Under the pieces are notes generated by a model that was given only the letters and a program-made list of their open reading frames with translations, had not been told where the DNA came from and searched no databases. Positions 28,401 to 36,254 of a DNA stretch of 45,098 bases are shown here, in pieces (positions within the stretch are counted from its first letter, which is position 1; each line of letters opens with the position of its first letter). The stretch lies in contig CBDUQR010000023.1 of assembly GCA_965369655.1 (NCBI GenBank), positions 1 to 45,098 of the forward strand, read 5' to 3'. Origin of the DNA: an uncultured bacterium (GTDB lineage Bacteria > Zixibacteria > MSB-5A5 > JAABVY01 > JAHJOQ01). The position numbers and the translations under genes were made by a program.

Positions 28401-28916
28401 CACGAAGTTGCACACGATACCCCACGGGCATTGTGGGATCGCATTCATATAATCCCAGCACTGCTGAACTGCGGTTCGTCCTCTTGACCTGTCCCGGTCA
28501 AGGTTGATATTCGGCCCTTTGAATTCGATTACGGCCACAGGTGAAGCCTTCTCCTGATGGCCAAAGTTCCCTATGGCTGCGTCTGCCTCACCTCCATTAA
28601 CATTGTACTTTACTTCAATATCCCAGTTCTCGTCCCCTTTTGAGAAGAGTTTGTATCCCAGTGCTTCGCCGAATACTTCAGTAAGAAACTCAGCTTCGAG
28701 GTTGCTTTCTTTCCGGGTCTTGAGTTTACCTCTCATTTCCAGATCAGCCCATCTGGACATGATCTGAAATGCTCTATCCCAGGCTTCCCCGCGGAGTCTT
28801 TTCTCTACGGACTCCTGTTCAAGTAATCTGGGCAGAAACAGATTCTGATGGTGGCGGTTCTCACCATACTTCGTCTTGTCAGGGTCAGGAAACAACGTCT
28901 CTTGATTCGGATTCAA
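25461..28916 (-). CDS. Type IIG-like fused restriction endonuclease/N6-adenine methyltransferase
   Basis: N-terminal E...ADAAIG...VIEFK nuclease, RIIF.AFCEDR, LG.LFE, G.YYTP, DPACGSGAFL, GNPPW, plus a C-terminal target-recognition region; 1151 aa, uninterrupted. Confidence 0.88.
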   Translation of the reverse strand: MNPNQETLFPDPDKTKYGENRHHQNLFLPRLLEQESVEKRLRGEAWDRAFQIMSRWADLEMRGKLKTRKESNLEAEFLTEVFGEALGYKLFSKGDENWDIEVKYNVNGGEADAAIGNFGHQEKASPVAVIEFKGPNINLDRDRSRGRTAVQQCWDYMNAIPQCPWGIVCNFVSFRLYHREHTPRTYQLFTLQDLHREEIFRQFYYVLERGGLLPGTTAQKPRALVLLEKTGARQQEVGDELYDSYHRNRVKLIKHLTGPQHKKSQDEAIRIAQKLLDRIIFVAFCEDRNLLPQNSIHKAYSQSAPFDQVTHPKWKNFLDLFRSVDQGNKRLRIPPFDGGLFREDPEVDNLKLDDEWTDFFEIVGKYDFRDEVNVEVLGHLFEKSINDLERIKLTGLFDAVTTDDEQPRMTKSAERKRHGVYYTPSEFTEFITHNTVGKIIDDRIQALARNRGVQIDAQSDEGQSKETADFWRECLSLVRTIKVVDPACGSGAFLISAYSIFEEKYHFIIDQIVYHAGKDDSQLADQVPEFILNDNLFGVDLSQEAVEISQLALWIRSAQPDKSLADLSRNVVHGNSLVDDPEVDARALNWREIFTDVFERDENGFDCVIGNPPWERIKLQEREFFDASDPKIASAVNAATRRQMVDDLKTSNPELYERYIQAKENAEGALKYIRESDRYPLTGKGDVNTYSVFAELARTIVAPNGLVGLLVPSGIATDNTTKEFFNALVSSESLSGLYDFENRKKVFPDVDSRYKFCVLLFGGSKQKAKSMDFVFFAHRVDELEDKSRHIKLSPADIKLLNPNTRTCPIFRSQRDAELTKSIYRRVPILIDRNREEGGNPWGIKFHTMFHQTNDAELFINAEKLKEKKFRRVGNRWIKGKSTYLPLYEAKMVQMYDHRAASIRIDPSNWMRQGQTIPASLVEHQNPEFVPEPRWWVNSAEIPPSVSRTMQRGILSYKDITSPTNRRTMIAAQLPLSAVMNSAPLIETDAAISARRQSCLLANLNTVVLDFVARQKVGGVHLNFFIVEQLPILSPDRYSDRCPWDRRQTLEKWISDRVLKLSCTSNDMIPLAEAAGFDPPVHKWKPDERKNLLAELDAAYFILYGIEKDDAEYILTTFAGARTDDSGLFDLDDAISLTLKHYDLLLGKASQK

Positions 28917-29030
28917 TATCTTGCCTCTGCATGGTTTCTGATATCAACACTGCCTATTGGGTAAGAATATGCCAAGTTGATAGTTGTGTCAATCAAGTAT
29001 TGCGCTGGAAAAGACTGTGACAAGGGAATC

Positions 29031-29062
29031 AATAACCCCGCGCCAATTATGCGACGCGGGGT
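29031..29062 (-). terminator. Putative terminator after sucD
   Basis: accccgcg...cgcggggt inverted repeat followed by TATTGATT on the minus strand. Confidence 0.5.
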
Positions 29063-29086
29063 CTGTATCGAATATATCAAATGATC

Positions 29087-29971
29087 TTACGACTCTTCTA
29101 CCGGCTCGATCCCTTCCTCTTTCAGAATTCTCGGGATGTCGAGGAAAGTCTTGGCTGGTTTGGCGCCTGCGGCTTCGAGAGCTTTGAGCTTGGTCCTGGC
29201 GGTACCCATCGAGCCTTCGATAATCGCGCCTGCGTGACCCATACGTTTGCCGGGTGGTGCGTACACTCCGCCGATTATTGCAATCACCGGCTTTTTCATC
29301 CGCTGGATCGTATCGCGGGCGATCTCCTCGTAGACGCCGCCGATCTCACCGCACATGACAATCGCTTCGGTCTCCGGGTCCTTCTCGAACATCTTGAGAA
29401 TGTCGTTGAAGGTCGAACCGAGCACCGGATCGCCACCGAGTCCGACGCATGTTGTCTCACCGTAACCTGTGCGAGTCAGCGTGTCCGCGACATAGTATGT
29501 GATCGAGCCTGATCTCGATACTGTGCCGATTTTGCCGCGCTTGAATGCGATGTCCGGCATGATTCCGAGATTCGCCTGTCCGGGCGAGATGATGCCCGGC
29601 GTATTCCCGCCGATTACAGTTGCGCCGTATCGTTTGGCTTCTTTGCGTATCGCCATCATGTCGAAGATCGGAATATGTTCCGGTACGACCACGACCAGCT
29701 TCATGCCGGCCCAGATGGCTTCGATAGCAGCTTCTTTCACGAACTGCGCGGGCAGGAATATGATCGACGTGTCCGCGCCAGTGGTGTCCATTGCGAACTC
29801 GACAGTGTCGTAGACTGCAATATCCTCAACGATTTCACCGCCTTTTCCGGGCGATGTTCCGGCGACGATGTTCGTGCCGTACTCGATCATCCGTTTGGTG
29901 TGGAACCGTCCTGCGGTGCCGGTTATGCCCTGGACGAGAATCTTCGAATCTTTGTCAACGAGAATAGCCAT
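29087..29971 (-). CDS. sucD: Succinate--CoA ligase (ADP-forming acyl-CoA synthetase) alpha subunit
   Basis: LVQGITG, G.SPGKGG, IG.NTPG.I.PG, SRSG, GLGGDP, GEIGG and phospho-His MGHAGA motifs. Confidence 0.9.
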   Translation of the reverse strand: MAILVDKDSKILVQGITGTAGRFHTKRMIEYGTNIVAGTSPGKGGEIVEDIAVYDTVEFAMDTTGADTSIIFLPAQFVKEAAIEAIWAGMKLVVVVPEHIPIFDMMAIRKEAKRYGATVIGGNTPGIISPGQANLGIMPDIAFKRGKIGTVSRSGSITYYVADTLTRTGYGETTCVGLGGDPVLGSTFNDILKMFEKDPETEAIVMCGEIGGVYEEIARDTIQRMKKPVIAIIGGVYAPPGKRMGHAGAIIEGSMGTARTKLKALEAAGAKPAKTFLDIPRILKEEGIEPVEES

Positions 29972-31161
29972 TACTTAGCCTCCTTCGCAAGTGCCACAGC
30001 TCGCTTGGCGATATCCTCGATCGGCGTCTCGATACCGTGCGCTTCGATATTCTCGAAAAGCTCCGGGCTTTCCTTCCGAGCTTCATCGAAGAGCCTGACG
30101 CCTTCCTCCCAGTTGTTGCCGGTCATGCGCATGACCATTGGCTTGGAGAGGCCGTGATCCTTGAGGAACATAATTACGCCTGTAGCAAAATCATCGCAAC
30201 GGGAGATACCACCGAAACGCGCACCGAATATCGCTTTGACATTCGGATTCTCGTCGAGAAGCACGAGCATCTTTGCGAGCCGCTCAGGGGAGGGGCCGCC
30301 TCCCGAATCCATGAAATTGGCAGGTTTGCCGCCGTAGTAGTTGACAAAATCGTTGCCGACGATTCCGAAACCGGCGCCACCCGGGAACATCCCGATGTTG
30401 CCATCGAGATCGAGGTAGGGGATACCATGCTCACGTGCTTCCTTTTCGCGCGGAGTCATCTCGCCTTCCTCGTGTCGTTTCTCGATTCCCATTTCGGCTA
30501 ATTCCGGGTGTCGGAACAGGGCGTCGTCATCGACAGATATTCTTGCGTCCGCCGCGATCATCTCGCCTTCCTCGGTCTCGATCAACGGATTGATCTCGGC
30601 GAGTTTGCAGTCGTATGCCTTGAACGTCTTGAAAAGACCCTGGATGATCGATGCTATCTGTTTGAGTTTCTCTTTACGGAAATTGAGCTGCAACCCGAGA
30701 CTGTAGGCCTCGAACGCATGTATGTTCTCGTCGATCTCGAATGTTTCTTTGAAAACCTTCTGCGGGTTTTTCCTGGCGAATTCCTCGATGTCGACTCCAC
30801 CGGTGGGCGACCCGATCACGACAATCTTGTATTTTGCGCGGTCGATGGTGACGCCGAGATAGTATTCCCTGCGGATGTTCAGAACGCGATCGACAAGTAT
30901 CTTCCTGACCGGATATCCCTTGACCTCCGACTCGAACATATCCTCAGCGAGGTCGTTGGCATTCTCGGGTGATTCCGCCATCTTGATTCCGCCGGCTTTC
31001 CCGCGACCACCGGAGAGAATCTGCGCCTTGAGCATTCCCCTGCCGTCGAGGTTCATCACTGCGTTACGCACCTCTGCAGGCGTGCTGCACAGCGTTCCCT
31101 CGGTCACCGGTATTCCCTGTTCCGTGAACAGCTGTTTTGCTTCGTACTCGAACAGCCGCAT
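29971..31161 (-). CDS. sucC: Succinate--CoA ligase beta subunit (divergent)
   Basis: MRLFEYEAK, KAQI.SGGRGKAGG, GGVDIEE, EINPL, D.ALFRH, PANF.D.GGG, FGGI.RCD motifs. Confidence 0.88.
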   Translation of the reverse strand: MRLFEYEAKQLFTEQGIPVTEGTLCSTPAEVRNAVMNLDGRGMLKAQILSGGRGKAGGIKMAESPENANDLAEDMFESEVKGYPVRKILVDRVLNIRREYYLGVTIDRAKYKIVVIGSPTGGVDIEEFARKNPQKVFKETFEIDENIHAFEAYSLGLQLNFRKEKLKQIASIIQGLFKTFKAYDCKLAEINPLIETEEGEMIAADARISVDDDALFRHPELAEMGIEKRHEEGEMTPREKEAREHGIPYLDLDGNIGMFPGGAGFGIVGNDFVNYYGGKPANFMDSGGGPSPERLAKMLVLLDENPNVKAIFGARFGGISRCDDFATGVIMFLKDHGLSKPMVMRMTGNNWEEGVRLFDEARKESPELFENIEAHGIETPIEDIAKRAVALAKEAK

Positions 31162-31176
31162 TGGCTTCTCCTTTCT

Positions 31177-31308
31177 CTATTCCAAAGCGGAGCCGGAAGT
31201 ATTTCGCATCCGGCTCGATCTATTATCTTTCTCGTCGTTGTCGATGAGCTTGCGGCTCTTCGGGCCGGGAAGCTCGGTGACGATTCCTGGAATATGTACG
31301 TTAGCCAT
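31177..31308 (-). pseudogene. 43-aa remnant of a class III aminotransferase N-terminus
   Basis: AAGGAG RBS then MANVHIPGIVTELPGPKSRKLIDNDEK followed by unrelated sequence and TAG. The I.TELPGPK...L...D pattern typifies 4-aminobutyrate/acetylornithine aminotransferase N-termini. Confidence 0.55.
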
Positions 31309-31574
31309 AACCTTCTCCTTCAAGAGTGGCTTTTTCTGATCCCGTTCTTCGTGATCACGGAGAAAGCCGGCGGGCTATATCTGCCCTTTGTAGTAGGACA
31401 TGCTCACCATTCCATTGACATAACAAAACATAATACTACCCCATCGGTAATCGTACCGGCAGCCGACGCGTCCATGCGTCAGCGCCGGATAGTACACACG
31501 GGCCGGACATGCCGACCCGCATAGTGCGATAATGTATAAATGCGCGCTGGCTTGTCAACCTGAAAGTGGGGGGG

Positions 31575-31597
31575 ACCCTTCGAGACTCAGGACTTGC
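31575..31597 (+). repeat. REP-like direct repeat left of the Trypco1/protease cassette
   Basis: acccttcg--agactcaggacttgc versus acccttcgtcagactcaggacgtgc at 35163-35187. Confidence 0.6.
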
Positions 31598-31650
31598 GAG
31601 GACATCTGCCGCCCCCCCCGCGGAACTCAGAGCTTCTTCCTTGAATCTCG

Positions 31651-31679
31651 TTGACATTAGCTTTCTGGCAGGCTAAACT
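31651..31679 (+). promoter_or_regulatory. Putative sigma70 promoter for the Trypco1-protease operon
   Basis: TTGACA-17 bp-TAAACT; a TATAAT also lies at about 31694; GGAGG RBS precedes ATG 31749. Confidence 0.55.
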
Positions 31680-31748
31680 GCTGTAAGTAATAGTATAATC
31701 AGACGGTTGCAGCATAATTTTGAGAACGTGCAAAATGGAGGCAAGTTA

Positions 31749-32081
31749 ATGAAACAGCTAATCGAATTCCCTTTAGAAGATGGCAGCACGATTTTGGTCG
31801 AAGTTGATGAACCCGAAGGCGCTGGTAGAACAAGACAAGTCGCGCGCGGCGGTGATAAAACCATCGAAAAGGCAAACCAGACCTTTGAAAAAGCACTGGA
31901 TAAGGTAAAACCCACAGCCAATGCAGTGATTTCCAAACTGCGAGATTTGATTGAACAACCGGACGAAATCGGTGTTGAATTTGGACTCAAATTTAGTGCA
32001 GAATCGGGTGTTATTATCGCGGCTGCTGGAATCGAAGCAAATTTCAAGGTGATGATCAAATGGCAGAAGGACAAGGAATAA
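31749..32081 (+). CDS. Trypco1 (CU044_2847 family) trypsin-co-occurring protein
   Basis: LIEFPLEDG..ILVEV, TFE.AL..VKP.A..VI.KL, PDEI.VEFGLK.SAE.G.IIA....EANFKV..KW pattern; immediately upstream of a trypsin gene. Confidence 0.85.
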   Translation: MKQLIEFPLEDGSTILVEVDEPEGAGRTRQVARGGDKTIEKANQTFEKALDKVKPTANAVISKLRDLIEQPDEIGVEFGLKFSAESGVIIAAAGIEANFKVMIKWQKDKE

Positions 32082-32085
32082 AAGG

Positions 32086-35000
32086 GTGAGCACTAAATCC
32101 AGGCTCCAGAATCTGCGGAATTTCACCGTTCAGATTCGCCATGCCGAAACTGATGAAATTGTCGGGACCGGTATTGCGATTTCGATGGATGGTGAAATTG
32201 TGACTTGTAAGCATGTCCTTGAAGGCGCCGTGATCTCACAAACAGCAAATATTGAAACGGGCGAAGTCGGCGTCTATTTTCCACGAGCGAAGGGTGAAAA
32301 GAAAAATCGGCGGGCAAAACTGGCGCGGTATTTTTCGGATTCTAAAGATGATGTAGTTGTGTTGCAGGTGATCGGTAAGCCGCCGCCATTAGCACCGGAG
32401 CAAATCGCCATTCTGAGTGATGCCGAACGTTCGGCAGGCAATCCATTTCGCAGCTACGGATATCGAAAGCTGGATGGTTTTGATGATGCATGGGCTGATG
32501 GTAAGATCATGGGCAGTGTTAGCCCGCCGAAAGGTACTAAACTGCTTGTTGATCCGATTCAATTAGACTCCAAGCATATTAATCATGGCATGAGCGGTGC
32601 CGCTGTTCTTGATGCAGAACGAAATCTCATAGTCGGGATTGTTTCGGATACATATTTTGCTGATCAGTCCGGCAAAGACCGAGATACCGGCTGGGCTGTC
32701 AATGCGAGAGTTCTCACTTTCGATCCGTTTAATGTTTCGCTTTATGAAGGCGAATTTCTGGAACTCAAAGAAGCGGCAAAACCATCTGACGATGTGATGT
32801 CGCAGGCAAAAGATTTTGTCAAGCAAGACCTCAGTTTGACGGAACACGCTGCTCCGATTCCACCATCAGAATGGGTTGGTCGAGAGGAATTACTCGATCA
32901 ATTAAATCAGGATTGGAACGATGCGGAGACCAAAGTTGTCGGGTTGATCGGTTTTGGCGGCGAGGGTAAAAGCAGTCTTGCCAGCAGGTGGATTGATGAT
33001 TTGCTGCATAATCCGGATCAAAAGCAGCCGGACGGTTTGTTCTGGTGGTCATTTTACGACCGGCGCAGTGTGGACGAATTCTTCGAAGCCGCACTGACCT
33101 ATCTCAGTGACAATGATGAAGAATTGCTGGCACGATGTAAATCACCCAACGCCCGCGCTCACCAGATTGCTGCTATGCTCTACAACGGAAATTACCTATT
33201 TGTCCTCGACGGGCTGGAAGTGATGCAGAAGCAGAAAGGCGACGACTACGGCGAGTTCGGCAATAAAAATTTGCGCGAGTTTCTCGAATACTTCAGCGCA
33301 CCCGGACATTCCTCGTTTTGCCTGATTACCAGCCGCGCACCCGTTTTCGATCTGATGGACCACACCACATTCAAGCATCGTGACGTCACTCGTCTCAGCG
33401 ATAACGAAGGCTGTAATCTGCTGAAAAATGTCGGTGTGAAGGGCAGCAAACCTGACCTGAAAAAAGCCGTCGAGCTGTGGGACGGACACGCCATAACCCT
33501 GAGCTTGATTGGCGCCTATCTCGCTGAAGTCCACAATGGTGATATTGCCCACCTGAACGAAATCGAACCTCCCACTGCCGACGAACCGCGCTATGAACGC
33601 GTCCATCGCATCCTGCGCCGCTACGACGAACATTTGACCGCCGATGAACGCGCATTTCTACAGCTCTTTAGCGCCTTTCGCACGCCCGTAAAAGATGAAG
33701 CGTTTGATAGAGTTTTTCGCACCAAAACATCAGATGATGCCCTCAACGCTCCGATTGCCGACCTGAGTGATGACGAATTTGAAACCTTGATAAAGCGCCT
33801 GCTAAACTACCGTATTTTGCGTCACGATCCGCAGGAAAACCACTACACCACTCACCCGCTGATACGTTCGCACTACTTAACTCTGCTCACCAATCGAGAC
33901 AGTTCCCAAACTCAAAGGACGCACGAACAAATCAAGGACTTCTACCTCTCGGTGGCGGGTGATGTGCCCCATCATCCCACGTTAGACGATTTGATCCCGC
34001 TGATCGAAGTTGTTCATCATGCCTGCCAGGCTGGAGCGTATGATGAGGCTTATTGTATTTCTGACGAGCGAATTAGTCAAAAGAACCTGCATGTGCTTGC
34101 TCATCAACTTGGAGCTTATGAAACTCAATTAATGATAATGAGTGAATTCTTTCCCAATAGTGATACATCACAGAAGCCGCTGGTGAGCGATCCGAATGAT
34201 AAGGGTTGGATTCTTAACACAGTTGGAGCCTGCCTAATGAATCTGGGTCGCTTGGGTGAAGCTGCGCCGTTCTATGATCGTGGTGTAATGATTGCAAAAG
34301 TAATGAGTAATTGGGGCAACGCAAGCTCCAGCTACCATAATCTGGCGGATCTCTACGCTAATCTGGGTAGATTGGCAGAAAGTGCGCAGGCAGCGATGGA
34401 AGCCCTTCAACTCGCCCGTCGTGCGGATCATAAATGGGGTGAGAAAGCTTGCCTCGGCTGGCTAGCGTGGGGAGAACATTTGCTTGGTAAATCTGATTCC
34501 GCAAACAAGGATTTCTTGCAAGCGGAGAGCTTAGAACGAGAAAGCGATCCTGACAAACAGTATCTATCCAGTCTGGATGGCATCCAACATGCCGATCATC
34601 TGCGGCGAGTGGGTAAAGCGGATTATGCTCAGCAGGTTACCGAAGCCAATCTGGAGATTTGTGAGCGAAATCATTGGGCAGATGACATCAGCAGGAGTCA
34701 CCGGGTTTTGGGTGATTTAGCGGCGGATGCGGGCGATCATGAGCAGGCGGGCCAGCATTATGAAACCGCGCTCAAAATTGCGAGAAGTATTTCGTTCCTT
34801 CCTGCGCTGATTGAGGCATTGTTGGCGCGAGGGTGTTGGCAGGCAAAGCAAGCGGTAGCAGAGGAACATGCTCCTTTGTCGCAGCAGGCTTCAAGCGATC
34901 TGAACGAAGCTCTCGACTATGCCCTGAAGGGCGGCTATCGGATTTATGAGGCTGATATTCGGATTGCGTTAGCTTGGGCGCATCTGGCAAACAAGCAACC

Positions 35001-35106
35001 TGAAACCGCCCGTCAAGAAGCAAAGCATGCCCTGTCCATGAGCGAAGAAATGGGCTATTATTGGGGCAAGCTGGATGCTGAAGAAATTCTGAAAGCATTA
35101 AGTTGA
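32086..35106 (+). CDS. Trypsin-like serine protease + STAND NTPase + TPR protein
   Basis: Catalytic triad in TCKHV / DDVVVL / GMSGAAV; WVGRE, Walker A GFGGEGKS, Walker B LFVLDGLE, LITSR, wHTH HPLIR, C-terminal TPR-like helices. Confidence 0.88.
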   Translation: MSTKSRLQNLRNFTVQIRHAETDEIVGTGIAISMDGEIVTCKHVLEGAVISQTANIETGEVGVYFPRAKGEKKNRRAKLARYFSDSKDDVVVLQVIGKPPPLAPEQIAILSDAERSAGNPFRSYGYRKLDGFDDAWADGKIMGSVSPPKGTKLLVDPIQLDSKHINHGMSGAAVLDAERNLIVGIVSDTYFADQSGKDRDTGWAVNARVLTFDPFNVSLYEGEFLELKEAAKPSDDVMSQAKDFVKQDLSLTEHAAPIPPSEWVGREELLDQLNQDWNDAETKVVGLIGFGGEGKSSLASRWIDDLLHNPDQKQPDGLFWWSFYDRRSVDEFFEAALTYLSDNDEELLARCKSPNARAHQIAAMLYNGNYLFVLDGLEVMQKQKGDDYGEFGNKNLREFLEYFSAPGHSSFCLITSRAPVFDLMDHTTFKHRDVTRLSDNEGCNLLKNVGVKGSKPDLKKAVELWDGHAITLSLIGAYLAEVHNGDIAHLNEIEPPTADEPRYERVHRILRRYDEHLTADERAFLQLFSAFRTPVKDEAFDRVFRTKTSDDALNAPIADLSDDEFETLIKRLLNYRILRHDPQENHYTTHPLIRSHYLTLLTNRDSSQTQRTHEQIKDFYLSVAGDVPHHPTLDDLIPLIEVVHHACQAGAYDEAYCISDERISQKNLHVLAHQLGAYETQLMIMSEFFPNSDTSQKPLVSDPNDKGWILNTVGACLMNLGRLGEAAPFYDRGVMIAKVMSNWGNASSSYHNLADLYANLGRLAESAQAAMEALQLARRADHKWGEKACLGWLAWGEHLLGKSDSANKDFLQAESLERESDPDKQYLSSLDGIQHADHLRRVGKADYAQQVTEANLEICERNHWADDISRSHRVLGDLAADAGDHEQAGQHYETALKIARSISFLPALIEALLARGCWQAKQAVAEEHAPLSQQASSDLNEALDYALKGGYRIYEADIRIALAWAHLANKQPETARQEAKHALSMSEEMGYYWGKLDAEEILKALS

Positions 35107-35111
35107 GTCGA

Positions 35112-35139
35112 GTAGGTCGAAACCCGAAGCGGTTTCGAC
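35112..35139 (+). repeat. GTAG-type REP hairpin
   Basis: GTAG + gtcgaaacc-cgaagc-ggtttcgac, 5 bp after the STAND gene stop. Confidence 0.6.
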
Positions 35140-35162
35140 AACAAGAGAAGAATGTCGAAAAC

Positions 35163-35236
35163 ACCCTTCGTCAGACTCAGGACGTGCAGGGCTTTTGATC
35201 TACAAGGCTGAGATCACCACGTCGCTGTCGCTCCTC
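35163..35236. repeat. Cluster of REP-like remnants
   Basis: 35163-35187 is the direct-repeat partner of 31575-31597; 35211-35236 is the inverse copy of 6046-6079. Confidence 0.6.
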
Positions 35237-35361
35237 TCCCTCGGGGATCGGGATCAGCGACCGAGTGATGACGACAACACAGACCTGCACCCAATAAAGG
35301 TTTTTCAACAGCCCCAGGGAGTGGGCCACCAGTTACAATCGGGAGATAAAACACCCACAGA

Positions 35362-35889
35362 TTATTTCTTCTTCTCGCTTACAGCTTTTCGTGTGAGAAT
35401 CAACGTGTACTCATCACGTTCTTTGGAGAACTCCTTCGGTCTCTTGTCACTGGGCGAGTGTCTGATTTCGATCTTGTCAGCAGAGAGAAATCTCAAGATC
35501 CCAAACCTTGTTGTCCACTCAGAGCCTGGACCACCACATTTACCGAAACAGAGATCAAGAGTAATTGGCTGTTCAGACATATCTAACTCATATTCGCCCT
35601 GTATGGTCGCGCTCGTACTGTCGGTACCCATCTCAGTTTTGCTGTACTTGCCGTCTGCCTGAAAAGTCAACTCACCGTCCAGAATGTGCTTGCTCGGTTC
35701 TATCGCCCAAGTGCCGATGATTGTGAGATCCTGCTTTACGGCTATATCGCTTGTGTCTTCGGTAGCCGTTGAGGTTGCTGTCTGCTTTGCACTGTCAATG
35801 GAAATTGTCGGTTTGCTGTTCTCGCCCAGAACGGTTGCGACCAGAAACAGTGAAACCAACATTGCGACCAGGAACTGCATGTTTTTCAT
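35362..35889 (-). CDS. Secreted hypothetical protein (lipocalin-like/TIGR03067-like beta domain)
   Basis: AAGGGAG RBS before ATG 35889; signal peptide; IIGTW...G.YELD.S..PI.LDL...GI......RP.EF pattern (family call weak). Confidence 0.6.
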   Translation of the reverse strand: MKNMQFLVAMLVSLFLVATVLGENSKPTISIDSAKQTATSTATEDTSDIAVKQDLTIIGTWAIEPSKHILDGELTFQADGKYSKTEMGTDSTSATIQGEYELDMSEQPITLDLCFGKCGGPGSEWTTRFGILRFLSADKIEIRHSPSDKRPKEFSKERDEYTLILTRKAVSEKKK

Positions 35890-36203
35890 TTGATCTCCCT
35901 TTCCGTAAATTGTCAAACTTGTTGAATCATTCGATTCTCTTGATGTGCATCAAATGACCAACGCCTCCTTGGTGGACATAATCGTCAACGTAAGGAACCT
36001 ATTGTTATTGCAGGTTGGAAGCAAGCGAAATCTGTAAGTCGTCGGGACAGCTTAAGGAGTAGCCCACCAGCCAAAGACCATGTTGTGTTGACAATCTGAA
36101 TCAACGTACCGTGGATTGCCTTGCGGAGGACGGTGACGGCAGTTATATGCTGACTTTCAATCTGTGTTTATAGGGGGCAGGGCGCCGGACTCACAGATGC
36201 AAA

Positions 36204-36229
36204 CCGGGAGCCGCTTTCACGACTCCCGG
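36204..36229 (-). terminator. Possible terminator after the dockerin protein gene
   Basis: ccgggag.cg-ctttca-cg.ctcccgg hairpin with a short T-tract on the minus strand. Confidence 0.4.
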
Positions 36230-36254
36230 ATATTGTAATGCACTAAGAGTACGA

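Noticed and set aside
31375-31431. Possible leader peptide MFCYVNGMVSMSYYKGQI with a downstream hairpin, upstream of the aminotransferase stub
   Set aside because: No clear RBS, regulatory codon run or terminator T-tract; cannot be supported from sequence alone.
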